A stretch of 63,887 nucleotides of DNA, counting the filler, from a bacterium (GTDB lineage Bacteria > JALSQH01), in NCBI GenBank assembly GCA_026985515.1. It is 10 parts of 10 records of this genome, joined end to end, with 100 filler letters (N's around TTAATTAATTAA, not from the genome) between each part and the next. Parts side by side here need not be neighbours in the genome. Positions count along the whole stretch, not along the records: positions 15,749 to 28,080 come from JALSQH010000122.1; positions 28,181 to 32,705 come from JALSQH010000123.1; 8 more parts are not named here. One strand, written 5' to 3'. Shown in pieces: positions 19,883 to 29,888 of the stretch (positions are counted from its first letter, which is position 1; every line of letters begins with the position of its first letter). A model generated the notes under the pieces. The model was not told the origin of the DNA. It did not search any database and saw nothing but the letters and a program-made list of their open reading frames with translations. The translations under genes were made by a program, and so were the position numbers.

Positions 19883-21312
19883 AGTATCCCGAGGATCTCC
19901 CGTCAATCCCAGTCAACTATGCAGAGGAAAAACTCTTTTCTCCGGAGATCAACCATCTCGTTGAAAAGAGATTGTCAAAAAGATTCGAAAAAATCAGAAG
20001 AGATGCAAGAGACTTCTCCGAAAAATTTATCTATCCCTCTGCCCTTAAAATCGACTGGATCATCAAAAACGAGGATCACGACTACACACCCTGGGACATA
20101 GTAAAAGAGGGGATGAAGAGGGGTTACCTCTCTTTCATGTATCCAAAAGTAACAGGTGGAAAAGGTGGCTTAACTGCTGAATTTGCAGTGCTTATGGAAG
20201 AACTCTCAGCAGCATGCCCTGGAATAGCCAACATCTTTGGAGCAAATGCTCTGGGTGCTGCAGCCATTGTCTTTTCCTTCAATCCCGACATTTGGGAAAG
20301 ATACCTTGTAAGAGCTGTGGAAGCGGAAAAGATGGGAGAACCAGTTATCTTTGCATGGGCGATAACTGAACCCTCTGCCGGCAGTGATGTGGAATATGAT
20401 GAAGGGCTTGAGAAAGGGACCCTCACATGTGAGGCAAAGCCTGTAGTGGGCGGCTTCAGGTTATCTGGCAGAAAGGTTTTCATATCAAATGGGAGCATAG
20501 CAAAATACATTGTTGTCAAAGCAGCAACCGATAAGAAGAGGGGCAGGGAAACCTGGTCCACTTTCATAGTTTCCTCAAGTGCAGAGGGGTTCAGAGTCGT
20601 TCGTACAGAATACAAAATGGGTCAGGTAGCCTGTCCCGCAGCGGAGCTGGAATTTGACGAAGTTTTCATTTCCAGAAGGGATACCATTGGACCAGTTGGC
20701 TCAGGAAGAATCATGTCAAAATTGATCCTTGCAGCATCGAGGGGTCCCGTTGGAGCAATTTCTACAGGTATAGCACTTGGTGCATTCAGGCTTGCTGCAG
20801 GATATGCCATGAGGGAAGATACCCCATATTCAAGAAGCATAAGAAACCCGGTTATAAGAGAAATCCTGGTGGAGATGTTCAACAGGATCAGGACTGCAAG
20901 GCTTTCATATCTGGAAGCAACATCAAACTTTGACAAACTTCTTCTTCCCCCAAGAAGTATAATGGATGGTGCGGAAAAACCGTACAGAGCCCTGACCCCT
21001 CTCATAAGGCGTGAAAATATCCTGGAGAAACTCCACAGAATAGGTGACAAGATACTTGAAAGATACTTTGACCACATAGTATCATCCGGAAAGCTGGATG
21101 CCCAGTACAAACTTGCATCCTCAGCCAAAGTGATCGGGTCAGATACAGCAGTATGGGTCGCTTCAAGAGCCCTTGATATTATCAGGCCAGGTGATCATCC
21201 ATACTGGCTTGCTGCACAGAAACTCTACAGGGACGCAAAACTTGTGCAGATCTATGAAGGAACAAATCAACTGAACAAACAGAGCATAGGAAACTTTCTC
21301 CTGACAGGGTGA
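19879..21312 (+). CDS. Acyl-CoA dehydrogenase
   Basis: AITEPSAGSD, GRKVFISNG, KMGQ, RDAKLVQIYEGTNQ (catalytic Glu). Confidence 0.92.
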   Translation: MKYPEDLPSIPVNYAEEKLFSPEINHLVEKRLSKRFEKIRRDARDFSEKFIYPSALKIDWIIKNEDHDYTPWDIVKEGMKRGYLSFMYPKVTGGKGGLTAEFAVLMEELSAACPGIANIFGANALGAAAIVFSFNPDIWERYLVRAVEAEKMGEPVIFAWAITEPSAGSDVEYDEGLEKGTLTCEAKPVVGGFRLSGRKVFISNGSIAKYIVVKAATDKKRGRETWSTFIVSSSAEGFRVVRTEYKMGQVACPAAELEFDEVFISRRDTIGPVGSGRIMSKLILAASRGPVGAISTGIALGAFRLAAGYAMREDTPYSRSIRNPVIREILVEMFNRIRTARLSYLEATSNFDKLLLPPRSIMDGAEKPYRALTPLIRRENILEKLHRIGDKILERYFDHIVSSGKLDAQYKLASSAKVIGSDTAVWVASRALDIIRPGDHPYWLAAQKLYRDAKLVQIYEGTNQLNKQSIGNFLLTG

Positions 21313-22301
21313 GAATCATGGAAGAAATTTTAAAACCGGTAGAAAAATTTGTAAAAAAAGAATTGATTGAAAATTGCCACCTGTGGGATGCAGAGCCACA
21401 GCAGTTCAGAAAGGACACCTTCCGTCAGATTGAGAAAAAACTTGGCATACTGCAACTCCCTGAGATTGATAAAGAAAATTTCATCAGCAACGCAAGGGGA
21501 GTGGTAAGACTCTTAGCTTCTGGATGCGGAAGCATTGCCTTTATCTATGCAGTTAATTTTGCAATAACTTCATTTCTTAAGGAGAGGACCAGTTTACCAT
21601 CAGGAAAACTCTTTATTTCACCTGTGATCATTGAAAAGGATGACTGGCTCTTCTATTTTAAAAGAGAGAAAAAATTAAGTGGCAAACTTGATGGAATCAT
21701 TGCAGGAGATCTTGGTGAAATCTTTTTCCTGCCGGTGGCAAGGGAAAATGATGAAAGGGGATGGCTTTTAATTGAGGGGACAACCAGTTACTCTGAGGAG
21801 AATTCTTTTCTTCCCGGTTTAAGACCTCTTACGACTGGGAGAATCAACTTTGAAAATTTCTCTCTTAAAGATGATCTCCTCTTTCTGCCCCAGGGAGAAT
21901 GGTTTGAAGAATTTAAAAGCTGGTTTTTAATCTACCTCATCCCTCTTTTCTCCGGGCTGGTGGAAAATGCCCTCAACATATCTGAAAATTACGCAAAGGA
22001 GAGATTTCAGGGGGGACAGCCCATTATTGAAATTCCATCTGTGAGAAGATTGCTCAACAGCATCAGAGCAACTCTCGCCACACTCAATCACTTGAGCAGT
22101 TACCCTATTAAGAGCAGATGGATCGAAGAAATCAGAAAAATATACATTTCGATAATTGATGATGCAGAAGAGGCTATTTTAAATTCCATTCAGGTAATGG
22201 GTGGTTATGGATATATGCAGGATTACAGAGTTGAGAGAATACTCCGTGACTTCAGGAGCATTCGCTCCATTTTCTCTCCTCTTGAGTATATTACTGAGTA
22301 G
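21309..22301 (+). CDS. Degenerate acyl-CoA dehydrogenase-family subunit
   Basis: YAKERFQGGQPI and QVMGGYGYMQDYRVERILRD retained; TEPxxGSD and YEGT absent. Confidence 0.8.
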   Translation: MRIMEEILKPVEKFVKKELIENCHLWDAEPQQFRKDTFRQIEKKLGILQLPEIDKENFISNARGVVRLLASGCGSIAFIYAVNFAITSFLKERTSLPSGKLFISPVIIEKDDWLFYFKREKKLSGKLDGIIAGDLGEIFFLPVARENDERGWLLIEGTTSYSEENSFLPGLRPLTTGRINFENFSLKDDLLFLPQGEWFEEFKSWFLIYLIPLFSGLVENALNISENYAKERFQGGQPIIEIPSVRRLLNSIRATLATLNHLSSYPIKSRWIEEIRKIYISIIDDAEEAILNSIQVMGGYGYMQDYRVERILRDFRSIRSIFSPLEYITE

Positions 22302-23142
22302 CTTTCTCCTTTTTTTCCCTCTGACGGGAACAAACCTTCTGGGAGATGCATCTTCAGCGGGGAAAATCGTCATAACCGGAAAATTTTCCACCGGCAACAA
22401 ATGGTTCAATGAATCGGGCAAAAGGGAAAGGATGTGGGTAAATCTGGAGAAAAAATCGGTCACCATAAGAACAGAACTTCCCATCTATCACTCATTTTTC
22501 ACCGGACTTGAATCTTCACTTGTTAAAATATCAGGATTTTCCGAGTTCGGGATAATCATAAATGACAGGATTTACACTGCAAGAACAAAAGTAATCACCT
22601 CAGAGGGGATTGGAGATTCTGAGGCCTTTATGGGATTTGTTAAGGGGAAAAATATGCTGACCTTCTCTCTTCTCATTCCCAGCGGAGACAGTGATTTCTA
22701 CTTTGATAAATTTCCCACAGGCTCAGGAAGGTGGGGGGTCAGACTCTCCTATGAACGGGAATCTTCTCTTCTCAGCAGAGATAAATTCTCAACCAGCGTT
22801 GAAGTGCTCCTTCCCAGAGATTACACCTACATTGATTATCTTGGAAACTACCTCACATACAACGCACCTGTAAAGAAAAAGTTTTTCATAAGTTACTCCG
22901 CAGGTATCCACACAGGGATTTTCACAGCCACAGCGGGGTTCAACTACTATCACGAAATTGCACTGAGCAGGGAAAACCTGCTGACAGTTTCATTGTGCAT
23001 CTCTTCCCCTGACAGAAGGGGGGGAATAACTCTTGAATTACCTGTGTACGGTAAATACTATCCATCGGAAATGCTCCCCTCCTTCTTCTGGGAAAGGGAA
23101 TTTCCAGCTGGATATGAATTGAGCTTTTACCTGGAGATATGA
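22282..23142 (+). CDS. Hypothetical exported protein, probable outer-membrane beta-barrel
   Basis: Hydrophobic N-terminus from TTG 22282 (start uncertain); alternating beta-strand pattern, EGIGD motif, ends YELSFYLEI. Confidence 0.55.
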   Translation: MSILLSSFLLFFPLTGTNLLGDASSAGKIVITGKFSTGNKWFNESGKRERMWVNLEKKSVTIRTELPIYHSFFTGLESSLVKISGFSEFGIIINDRIYTARTKVITSEGIGDSEAFMGFVKGKNMLTFSLLIPSGDSDFYFDKFPTGSGRWGVRLSYERESSLLSRDKFSTSVEVLLPRDYTYIDYLGNYLTYNAPVKKKFFISYSAGIHTGIFTATAGFNYYHEIALSRENLLTVSLCISSPDRRGGITLELPVYGKYYPSEMLPSFFWEREFPAGYELSFYLEI

Positions 23143-25901
23143 GGATGAAAAAATTTTACCTTATTCTGTTCCTGATCCTCCTATCCTCCCCTCTGCAGGC
23201 AGGTTACCCCGAGATAAAATGGAGGGAAATAGAAACAGAGCACTTCATTATCATTTTTCCTGAAGGAAGAGAAAGATACGCAGCCGAAGTGAGCAGAGTG
23301 GCAGAGAGAGCATACCCGGTTTACAGGGAAAAGTACGGGGTCACCCATCCTGAGAAAACAATAATAACCCTCTGGGATACAGGGGAAATCTCCAACGGAG
23401 CCACCTATTATTTCTGGAACTTCATCAGAATAGATGGATTCAGGGGATACTTCTACCTGAGGGACACAACTTCCTGGTGGAGAAATGTTATAAGTCACGA
23501 ATACAGTCACGATATCTCGCTCCTTTCCGCCCAGCCATTCACCAGATCCACGCAGGGAATATTTGCTGGAATAAATGGAACAACATCATGGGGAGAATAT
23601 GGAGGGGAATTCTTCCTTCCATCATACACCATACCAAGATGGCTTGCTGAGGGGATAGCACAGAGTGATTCAGAGATGATGGGAGGGGATAGATGGGATA
23701 GCATAAGGGACATGCTTCTCAGGATGAAACTCCTTGGTGGAAAGTACCTGAAAATTGACCAGCTTGGAACGATAAGGGATAAAGGATTCACCGATGGGGA
23801 AATGGTTTACAATGAAGGATTCTCCCTCGTTAGATACATAAATTCCAGAAGTCCTGGACTAATTCCAGAAATTCTGAAGACGATGGGCAAAAAATGGTAC
23901 CCCACCTTTGAAAGTGCATATTTTCATGTAACAGGTAAAAACTGGGAAAAGGAATATGCAGAATGGGTTTCTGAGCAAAGCAGAAGCTACATTGAAAGGA
24001 TTAAAAATAAAATTCCCAGAACCGGTGCATCTGTTTCAAAGAGCTGGGAGATACTGAAAAAAATAAGATTTTACCACAACAAACCTCTCTTCATAGCCTC
24101 TCCCCCTGGAGGATACCCTCCGGGAAATCTCTATTCAGGTTACTTCACTGGAGAAACAAAACTCATAAAAAAAGAGGTGTGGGACTTCACCACTGACCCA
24201 CAGGGAAGAGGAATTTATATTTCCTCTTCGGACTACACTGATCCACTGGGTTACCACTACACCCGTCTATTCTTCTGGGATGGGAGAAAAATAAGAAGAA
24301 TTCACACAGATGTCCGATTCTACGCCCTATCATCAACGGGAAACAAAATATGTGGAGTGGGCTGGAAGGGAGACTCTCTAACATACTGTACCATGGAAAA
24401 AGGAGGATCTTTCATATGTGAGGAATTACCCTTTGAAGACATTCTCTCCCTTCTGTGCAGAAAAAATGGTGTTTTTATGGTGGTGAATTACAGGGGAAGG
24501 GGTCTCCTTGTAAAAAAAGTGGATGATCAATACTACTACCTTGCGGTATCGGGGAATATCAGGGAGGTGTTTTTGAAGAAAAAGGAATTGTACTTTTCAT
24601 GGGACAGAAATGGAATTTACAACATCTACGCCCTGAGTCTCACCGACAACAGCGGCTTTCAGATTACAGACACAATCTCGGGAGCCTTCTCACCCTTCGT
24701 AAAAAATGGATTTCTCTACCATGTGGAATTTACCGGAGATGGTTTTCAGATTTACAAACTTCCCATAAAGCCTCTGAAGAAACTTCATTTTACATGGAAG
24801 AAACTGAAATTTAAAAAAGAGAAACTCCACCTTAAATCACACCCCTATTCACTGAAATTTCTGCCTCCACTTCTCTTCCCGGAACTGATGGTTTCCTACG
24901 GAAGGTTTAAAGCGGGCTTTACGGCCATTATCAGAGATGCTCTTGATCTATACTCCCTGGAGGGAGAATTTCTCCTTGGCAGAGATGTGGATATAAGGAT
25001 CAGGAACACCTTTGATTTCACAGTTCCCACCCTTTACCTTAATTTTTACTACTTCAGGAGAAGTAAAGATTATCTTGCAAAATTTGGAAATCTCGAGTTA
25101 AAAAAGGATATCTACATCTATGAAGGTGGTTTCAAATACTCCTACCTCTATCCATTCTACTTTCAGGGTTACCTATACAACCGGAAGATAGAGGAAAAAT
25201 TTATCGGTTTCAGGCATGAGGAGATGATGACAACAGAAGCCGGGATCATTTCAGGATACTTCAGAGGGGATGACCTGGCAGAGGCAAATCCAAGGGACTC
25301 AACAGCCGTAATCTTAACACTTTCCGGTGGCCATTCAAGATTACCTGAGGTGAAGAATTTCACCAGTGAGAAAAAATACTCCTACTTCAAAATAACAGGC
25401 AACATAACCCTTTACTTCCCTCTTCCTGCAAACAGCTCCCTCTATTCAATCACAAAGGGCGGTTTTATTGACCATCCTGTGGAAAGGTATGACAACTTCT
25501 TTATCGGGGGATGGATCAACTACCTCTCAGCTGGTGAGTATCACATTGAAAATTCCTTTCCAGGGTATGAGTTATTCTTTGCAAGGTGGTACTTTGATCA
25601 GACACTCGGGATCCGACTCCCGCTCTGGGAAGGAGAAAAACAAACGGGCGTTATAACTCATAAAGGAGTTTATTTTTCCATTTTCGGTGATGCGGGCATG
25701 GCAAAAAAAGTAACATATAACTCTATAAATTTCAAACTGGTGAAAAAGAAAGAAAAAATCTGGCTGAAAGATTATGGAGCAGAGCTCAGATACAAAAGTT
25801 ACCTCTTCTACTCCAATCCCTGGGACAGTTTTCTGAAAATGGCTTACTCCCCCTCTGAGAAAAATTTCAGGATTTACGCTGGAATAGGAATTGGTTTTTA
25901 G
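23139..25901 (+). CDS. Gluzincin-like peptidase + beta-propeller + Omp85/BamA-like barrel fusion
   Basis: Signal peptide; WREIETEHF; HEYSH and PRWLAEGIA; TolB/PD40-like repeats (FSWDRNGIYNIY, GAFSP); barrel motifs FPGY, FGDAG, DYGAELR and terminal GIGIGF. Confidence 0.75.
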   Translation: MRMKKFYLILFLILLSSPLQAGYPEIKWREIETEHFIIIFPEGRERYAAEVSRVAERAYPVYREKYGVTHPEKTIITLWDTGEISNGATYYFWNFIRIDGFRGYFYLRDTTSWWRNVISHEYSHDISLLSAQPFTRSTQGIFAGINGTTSWGEYGGEFFLPSYTIPRWLAEGIAQSDSEMMGGDRWDSIRDMLLRMKLLGGKYLKIDQLGTIRDKGFTDGEMVYNEGFSLVRYINSRSPGLIPEILKTMGKKWYPTFESAYFHVTGKNWEKEYAEWVSEQSRSYIERIKNKIPRTGASVSKSWEILKKIRFYHNKPLFIASPPGGYPPGNLYSGYFTGETKLIKKEVWDFTTDPQGRGIYISSSDYTDPLGYHYTRLFFWDGRKIRRIHTDVRFYALSSTGNKICGVGWKGDSLTYCTMEKGGSFICEELPFEDILSLLCRKNGVFMVVNYRGRGLLVKKVDDQYYYLAVSGNIREVFLKKKELYFSWDRNGIYNIYALSLTDNSGFQITDTISGAFSPFVKNGFLYHVEFTGDGFQIYKLPIKPLKKLHFTWKKLKFKKEKLHLKSHPYSLKFLPPLLFPELMVSYGRFKAGFTAIIRDALDLYSLEGEFLLGRDVDIRIRNTFDFTVPTLYLNFYYFRRSKDYLAKFGNLELKKDIYIYEGGFKYSYLYPFYFQGYLYNRKIEEKFIGFRHEEMMTTEAGIISGYFRGDDLAEANPRDSTAVILTLSGGHSRLPEVKNFTSEKKYSYFKITGNITLYFPLPANSSLYSITKGGFIDHPVERYDNFFIGGWINYLSAGEYHIENSFPGYELFFARWYFDQTLGIRLPLWEGEKQTGVITHKGVYFSIFGDAGMAKKVTYNSINFKLVKKKEKIWLKDYGAELRYKSYLFYSNPWDSFLKMAYSPSEKNFRIYAGIGIGF

Positions 25902-25927
25902 CTGCAAATTCATATAAAATAGAAAGT

Positions 25928-27169
25928 ATGAGGAAATTTCTGGCGATGCTTCTCCTGCTTGCAGGATGCAGTTCTCAATCTCTCACCTTCAACCCTTCAC
26001 CTGAAACAGATCCTGTGAAGTTCAACTTTGCCTTCACATCCTTCTCACGGATCCTCTTCTACCAGCAAGCCCTTCATAACATACCAGATTTCATTGATCT
26101 GACCACGGAAAAAAAGATAATATTACAACCTTTCCCATTTGAGGTCACCTGCTATGAAAATTACCCCCTTGTAAAGAAATTCTCCTATCCCACATCAGAC
26201 TCCGCCATCAGTGACATTGAAATTACAACCTACATAACGATTCCCTCTCCTCTCACAATCCTTGAAATTGACGGGAAAATAAGATACAGAAGCGGTGAAA
26301 AAAGAGATTTTACTGTAAACGAATATGGGAGAGAAAGAGATGGAAATATTTTAACGGGAAGCATCATACTTAAAGAATCTATCACATATCCTGAGGATAA
26401 GGCAGCTTCTTCAACTGATCTCTCTGTAATCTTCACACATAGCGGGGATAAACTTCTACCACTTTACAAAAGCCTCTCCTTCACATTCAAAGATGGTAGA
26501 GATAGTTTCATCACAATGAAATTCAACAATTACCAACAGAGTGTTACCACGACCCGCTACACCAGAATAGAAGCACCGCTTCAATTTACAGTTGAAGAGG
26601 AAATGCACTGGTCAAAATTCAGTCTGAGAAGGTGGAAAACAAGGGTCACAGGAAAAGACTTTCTCTGGAATGAATCAATAACAGCTTCGTCAGAAAAGTG
26701 GATCTGGAAAATCAACGATGGTGAAACAGGTTCAGGCTTTCTGGATGACAAAAGTGCATATCTTGAGCTCTTCACTGGCGAGAATATCTGTCTCAACATT
26801 GAGAAAGAGTGCAGGATTTCAATTTACCGGAAACTTTCCAGCATCAAAATAGAAAGTGAAGAAATATCAGGTGAGGGAACAGTGGACTTTTCAAATTCTT
26901 CTATCAGACTTAACATGGAAAATCTGGCCGGGACATACAGGGTTTATTTCTCAGGAAAAAATGACGCATCAGGGGTGGAGATTTACAGCTACATAAGAGA
27001 TCTGACTCTGACAGATATGGAGAAAGATGAGGTTGGTGCAGGGATTGCAATTACTCCTCTTATATACACAGTAAAATGGGTGAAAAACTGGTTCAAAGGA
27101 AAAACCCTTTTTATCCTCCTTTTCCATTACCCATCCTTCAACCTGACTGAAAATCAGGGTGAACTGTAG
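25928..27169 (+). CDS. Hypothetical lipoprotein
   Basis: MRKFLAMLLLLAGC lipobox; beta-rich mature part. Confidence 0.75.
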   Translation: MRKFLAMLLLLAGCSSQSLTFNPSPETDPVKFNFAFTSFSRILFYQQALHNIPDFIDLTTEKKIILQPFPFEVTCYENYPLVKKFSYPTSDSAISDIEITTYITIPSPLTILEIDGKIRYRSGEKRDFTVNEYGRERDGNILTGSIILKESITYPEDKAASSTDLSVIFTHSGDKLLPLYKSLSFTFKDGRDSFITMKFNNYQQSVTTTRYTRIEAPLQFTVEEEMHWSKFSLRRWKTRVTGKDFLWNESITASSEKWIWKINDGETGSGFLDDKSAYLELFTGENICLNIEKECRISIYRKLSSIKIESEEISGEGTVDFSNSSIRLNMENLAGTYRVYFSGKNDASGVEIYSYIRDLTLTDMEKDEVGAGIAITPLIYTVKWVKNWFKGKTLFILLFHYPSFNLTENQGEL

Positions 27170-28080
27170 GATATTATTCTCAGCAATCTCTCAATTTCAT
27201 CCTTGATATCTGATGGGGGGTTGAATTTAAGAGCCAGCTTCAATTCCTTTCTGGCACTGGAAAAATCACCGATACTTTTGTAATACTTTCCAAGCCTGTA
27301 ATGGGGTATGGGATTTTTGAAATCAAGTCTTATTGCCTTCTTATACATCAGAATGGCAGAATCCTGCATTCCGAGGTCTTCCATCGCCTCCCCGAGGATT
27401 GTATAGGATTCTGAAGTTTTATAACCAGAAAGAATGGCCTTTCTGAGGTATTCATACGCCTTCTGCGGCTCTCCTGCAGCAAGATATGTTTTCCCCAGTA
27501 AAAAGTAGGCTCTGCTTTTATCTCTTCCCTTTGCAATGGCCAGAAAAGATGAATAGGTACTTTCAGCCTCCTCGAAGTCACCAAGATTAAAGTAATATTC
27601 TCCAACTTTGAGAAGAGCCGGTATATAAGAACTGTTTATCGAAACAGCTTTTTTGAATTCATCAAAGGCATAACCTGATCTGCTTTCCTTTTCATAAATC
27701 AGACCCAGATAATAGTGATACACAGCATTATCAGGAGCAAGGGTAATGGCCTTTTTGATTGCATCCTCAGCCTGGAAAAAGGAATTCTGTTCAAAATAGG
27801 AAAGGGCAATGTAAAAGTACGCCTGGTCAAGATTGGGGTTTAAATCCAGAGCTCTTTCCAGTGCGTTGATAGCCTCATCATACTTTTTCAATTTATACAG
27901 ACTCTTACCCAGCATCAGATAGTAATCAGGATCCCTCTGATTTATTATCTTTGCCTTCTTAAAATCATCCACAGCACGGGAGTACTGACCAAGGTTGTAG
28001 TATGCAAGACCTCTGAAAAAGTAGGCTTTGTCACTGTAGGGGTGTTTCTTAATAACCGCATTTATCCTCGTGAGAGCCTC
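27154..28080 (-). CDS. Tetratricopeptide-repeat protein, 5'-truncated
   Basis: Tandem TPRs (AYFYIAL, YHYYLGLIY, AYFLLGKTY); frame open to the contig edge. Confidence 0.9.
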   Translation of the reverse strand, partial: EALTRINAVIKKHPYSDKAYFFRGLAYYNLGQYSRAVDDFKKAKIINQRDPDYYLMLGKSLYKLKKYDEAINALERALDLNPNLDQAYFYIALSYFEQNSFFQAEDAIKKAITLAPDNAVYHYYLGLIYEKESRSGYAFDEFKKAVSINSSYIPALLKVGEYYFNLGDFEEAESTYSSFLAIAKGRDKSRAYFLLGKTYLAAGEPQKAYEYLRKAILSGYKTSESYTILGEAMEDLGMQDSAILMYKKAIRLDFKNPIPHYRLGKYYKSIGDFSSARKELKLALKFNPPSDIKDEIERLLRIISYSSP

Positions 28081-28180
28081 NNNNNNNNNNNNNNNNNNNN
28101 NNNNNNNNNNNNNNNNNNNNNNNNTTAATTAATTAANNNNNNNNNNNNNNNNNNNNNNNNNNNNNNNNNNNNNNNNNNNN
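28081..28180. other. Artificial contig spacer
   Basis: N44-TTAATTAATTAA-N44. Confidence 0.98.
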
Positions 28181-28181
28181 T

Positions 28182-29888
28182 GGTAGCATTGCAAATGCAA
28201 CCCGGGTATACCATATTCTCAAAACATCCTTTCCCTCCTCGAAGTGGCGAAGGCTTGCTGAAAGGGTTTTGAAAGAGAACCCCTCTACAGTTGCGAGAAG
28301 AAACGATCCTTCAAGAGATTATAATCATGCCGAGAAAGAGTATAGAAGATTGATCACCACCAGATTAAAGCAGTATCGTCACAACTGGTTCAGAGTCATC
28401 AGACTGTATGAAAAAATTATCACCAGATATCCTCATAGCAGGTATGCTTTTAAATCGTATATGAAAATTGGATTCATGTATGAGCAACTCTACAGATATG
28501 GACTGGATACCGATGACCTTAAAAGTGCCAGAGATTATTACCTGAAAGGTTATAAAAAATTCTCCAGTTATCCCTGGTCTGTGAGAGCTCTCTACTTCGC
28601 TGGAAAGATATGTTTTAAGCTCCGGGATTGTGAGTGTGCATTGAGTTCGCTGAAAGGTTTTCTGAGAAAAGGCAGGAAAACAAAATATTACAGTGAAGCG
28701 GAAAAAATATACAGCAGAGTTAAGACTCAGTGTGGGAGAAGAAAAAAAATACCAGTCCAGGTTTCTTCAAAAATTGTGATTAAGGGAGTGAGGTACTGGT
28801 CCAGTAAAAATTACACGAGGGTCGTTATTTACAGTGATAAGCCCTTCATTTATCAGGAACATTACCTTCCTGAAAATAAGAGGTACAGGAAACCCCCTCG
28901 ATTTTATTTCGATATTGAAAATGCTATACTCCCTGCTGATGTACCCAGGCAAGTAGCGATAAACGATGGACTGCTCAAAGCTGCAAGAATTGGACAGTTT
29001 AAGAAGGATGTTGTACGTGTTGTACTTGATCTTGCCTCAGTGGGCAGATATACCGCCTTTACCCTTGAAGATCCCTTCCGATTGGTGATTGATGTTTTTG
29101 GTAAAGGAAAGGTGAAGCATCTGAAGAAAAGGAAGAAAAAACTTGTTCAGAAGAAAAAAAGAAAAAAGTATGCCTATGTGAAAAAAACTTTAACAATAGT
29201 AATTGATCCAGGCCACGGGGGTAAAGATTCTGGGGCTGTATGCTGCGGTATAAAAGAAAAGAATATAACTCTGGGTATTGCGCTCAAACTGGCAGAGATA
29301 CTCAGACATCGACTTGGAGCAAGGGTGGTGCTGACACGTGATTCTGATGTATTTATTCCTCTGGAGGAGAGAACAGCCCTTGCAAATACTGAAAATGCAG
29401 ATGCATTCATTTCAATCCATGTTAATTCAACACCCCAGAGGGGTCTCAGGGCTGAGGTAGCACCTGCAGGGGCAACGGTTTACTACCTTGGGAAGGCTTA
29501 TGATTTTTCAGCTCGTAGAGTGGCTCGTATTGAAAACCAGTCAGCCCATGTGTCCTACAGGAAAGACTGGATCGGATCTCTGATAAATGAACTTGAAAAA
29601 TACTACAAGAAAAATGATTCCATTAAGCTTGCTAAAAGTATTCAGAAGTATCTCAATTCCCTGGCGCCTTCCTATGATCCTTACTATAAGGTCCACCACA
29701 TTGCAGGTGCACCATTTTATGTGCTGGTCAACACTTCCATGCCAGCTGTTCTGGTGGAAACGGGATTTATCAACAATCCTGAGGAAGGGAAACTTCTAAC
29801 AACTCCTGCTTATCAAAAAGTAATAGCTGAGGCTATATATAAAGGTCTGGAGGAGTTTTTTGAAACATATGTTGCAGAAACATACTGA
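28182..29888 (+). CDS. amiC: N-acetylmuramoyl-L-alanine amidase (TPR-AMIN-Amidase_3), 5'-truncated
   Basis: Frame open from 28182; AMIN motifs YTRVVI, VRVVLDL, PFRLVIDV; IDPGHGGKD, EK, SIHVN, VLVETGF. Confidence 0.9.
   Translation, partial: GSIANATRVYHILKTSFPSSKWRRLAERVLKENPSTVARRNDPSRDYNHAEKEYRRLITTRLKQYRHNWFRVIRLYEKIITRYPHSRYAFKSYMKIGFMYEQLYRYGLDTDDLKSARDYYLKGYKKFSSYPWSVRALYFAGKICFKLRDCECALSSLKGFLRKGRKTKYYSEAEKIYSRVKTQCGRRKKIPVQVSSKIVIKGVRYWSSKNYTRVVIYSDKPFIYQEHYLPENKRYRKPPRFYFDIENAILPADVPRQVAINDGLLKAARIGQFKKDVVRVVLDLASVGRYTAFTLEDPFRLVIDVFGKGKVKHLKKRKKKLVQKKKRKKYAYVKKTLTIVIDPGHGGKDSGAVCCGIKEKNITLGIALKLAEILRHRLGARVVLTRDSDVFIPLEERTALANTENADAFISIHVNSTPQRGLRAEVAPAGATVYYLGKAYDFSARRVARIENQSAHVSYRKDWIGSLINELEKYYKKNDSIKLAKSIQKYLNSLAPSYDPYYKVHHIAGAPFYVLVNTSMPAVLVETGFINNPEEGKLLTTPAYQKVIAEAIYKGLEEFFETYVAETY

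Noticed and set aside
28245-28259. TGGCGAAGGCTTGCT as a sigma-54 promoter
   Set aside because: GG-GC spacing is 9 rather than 10, and it lies inside the open amiC frame.
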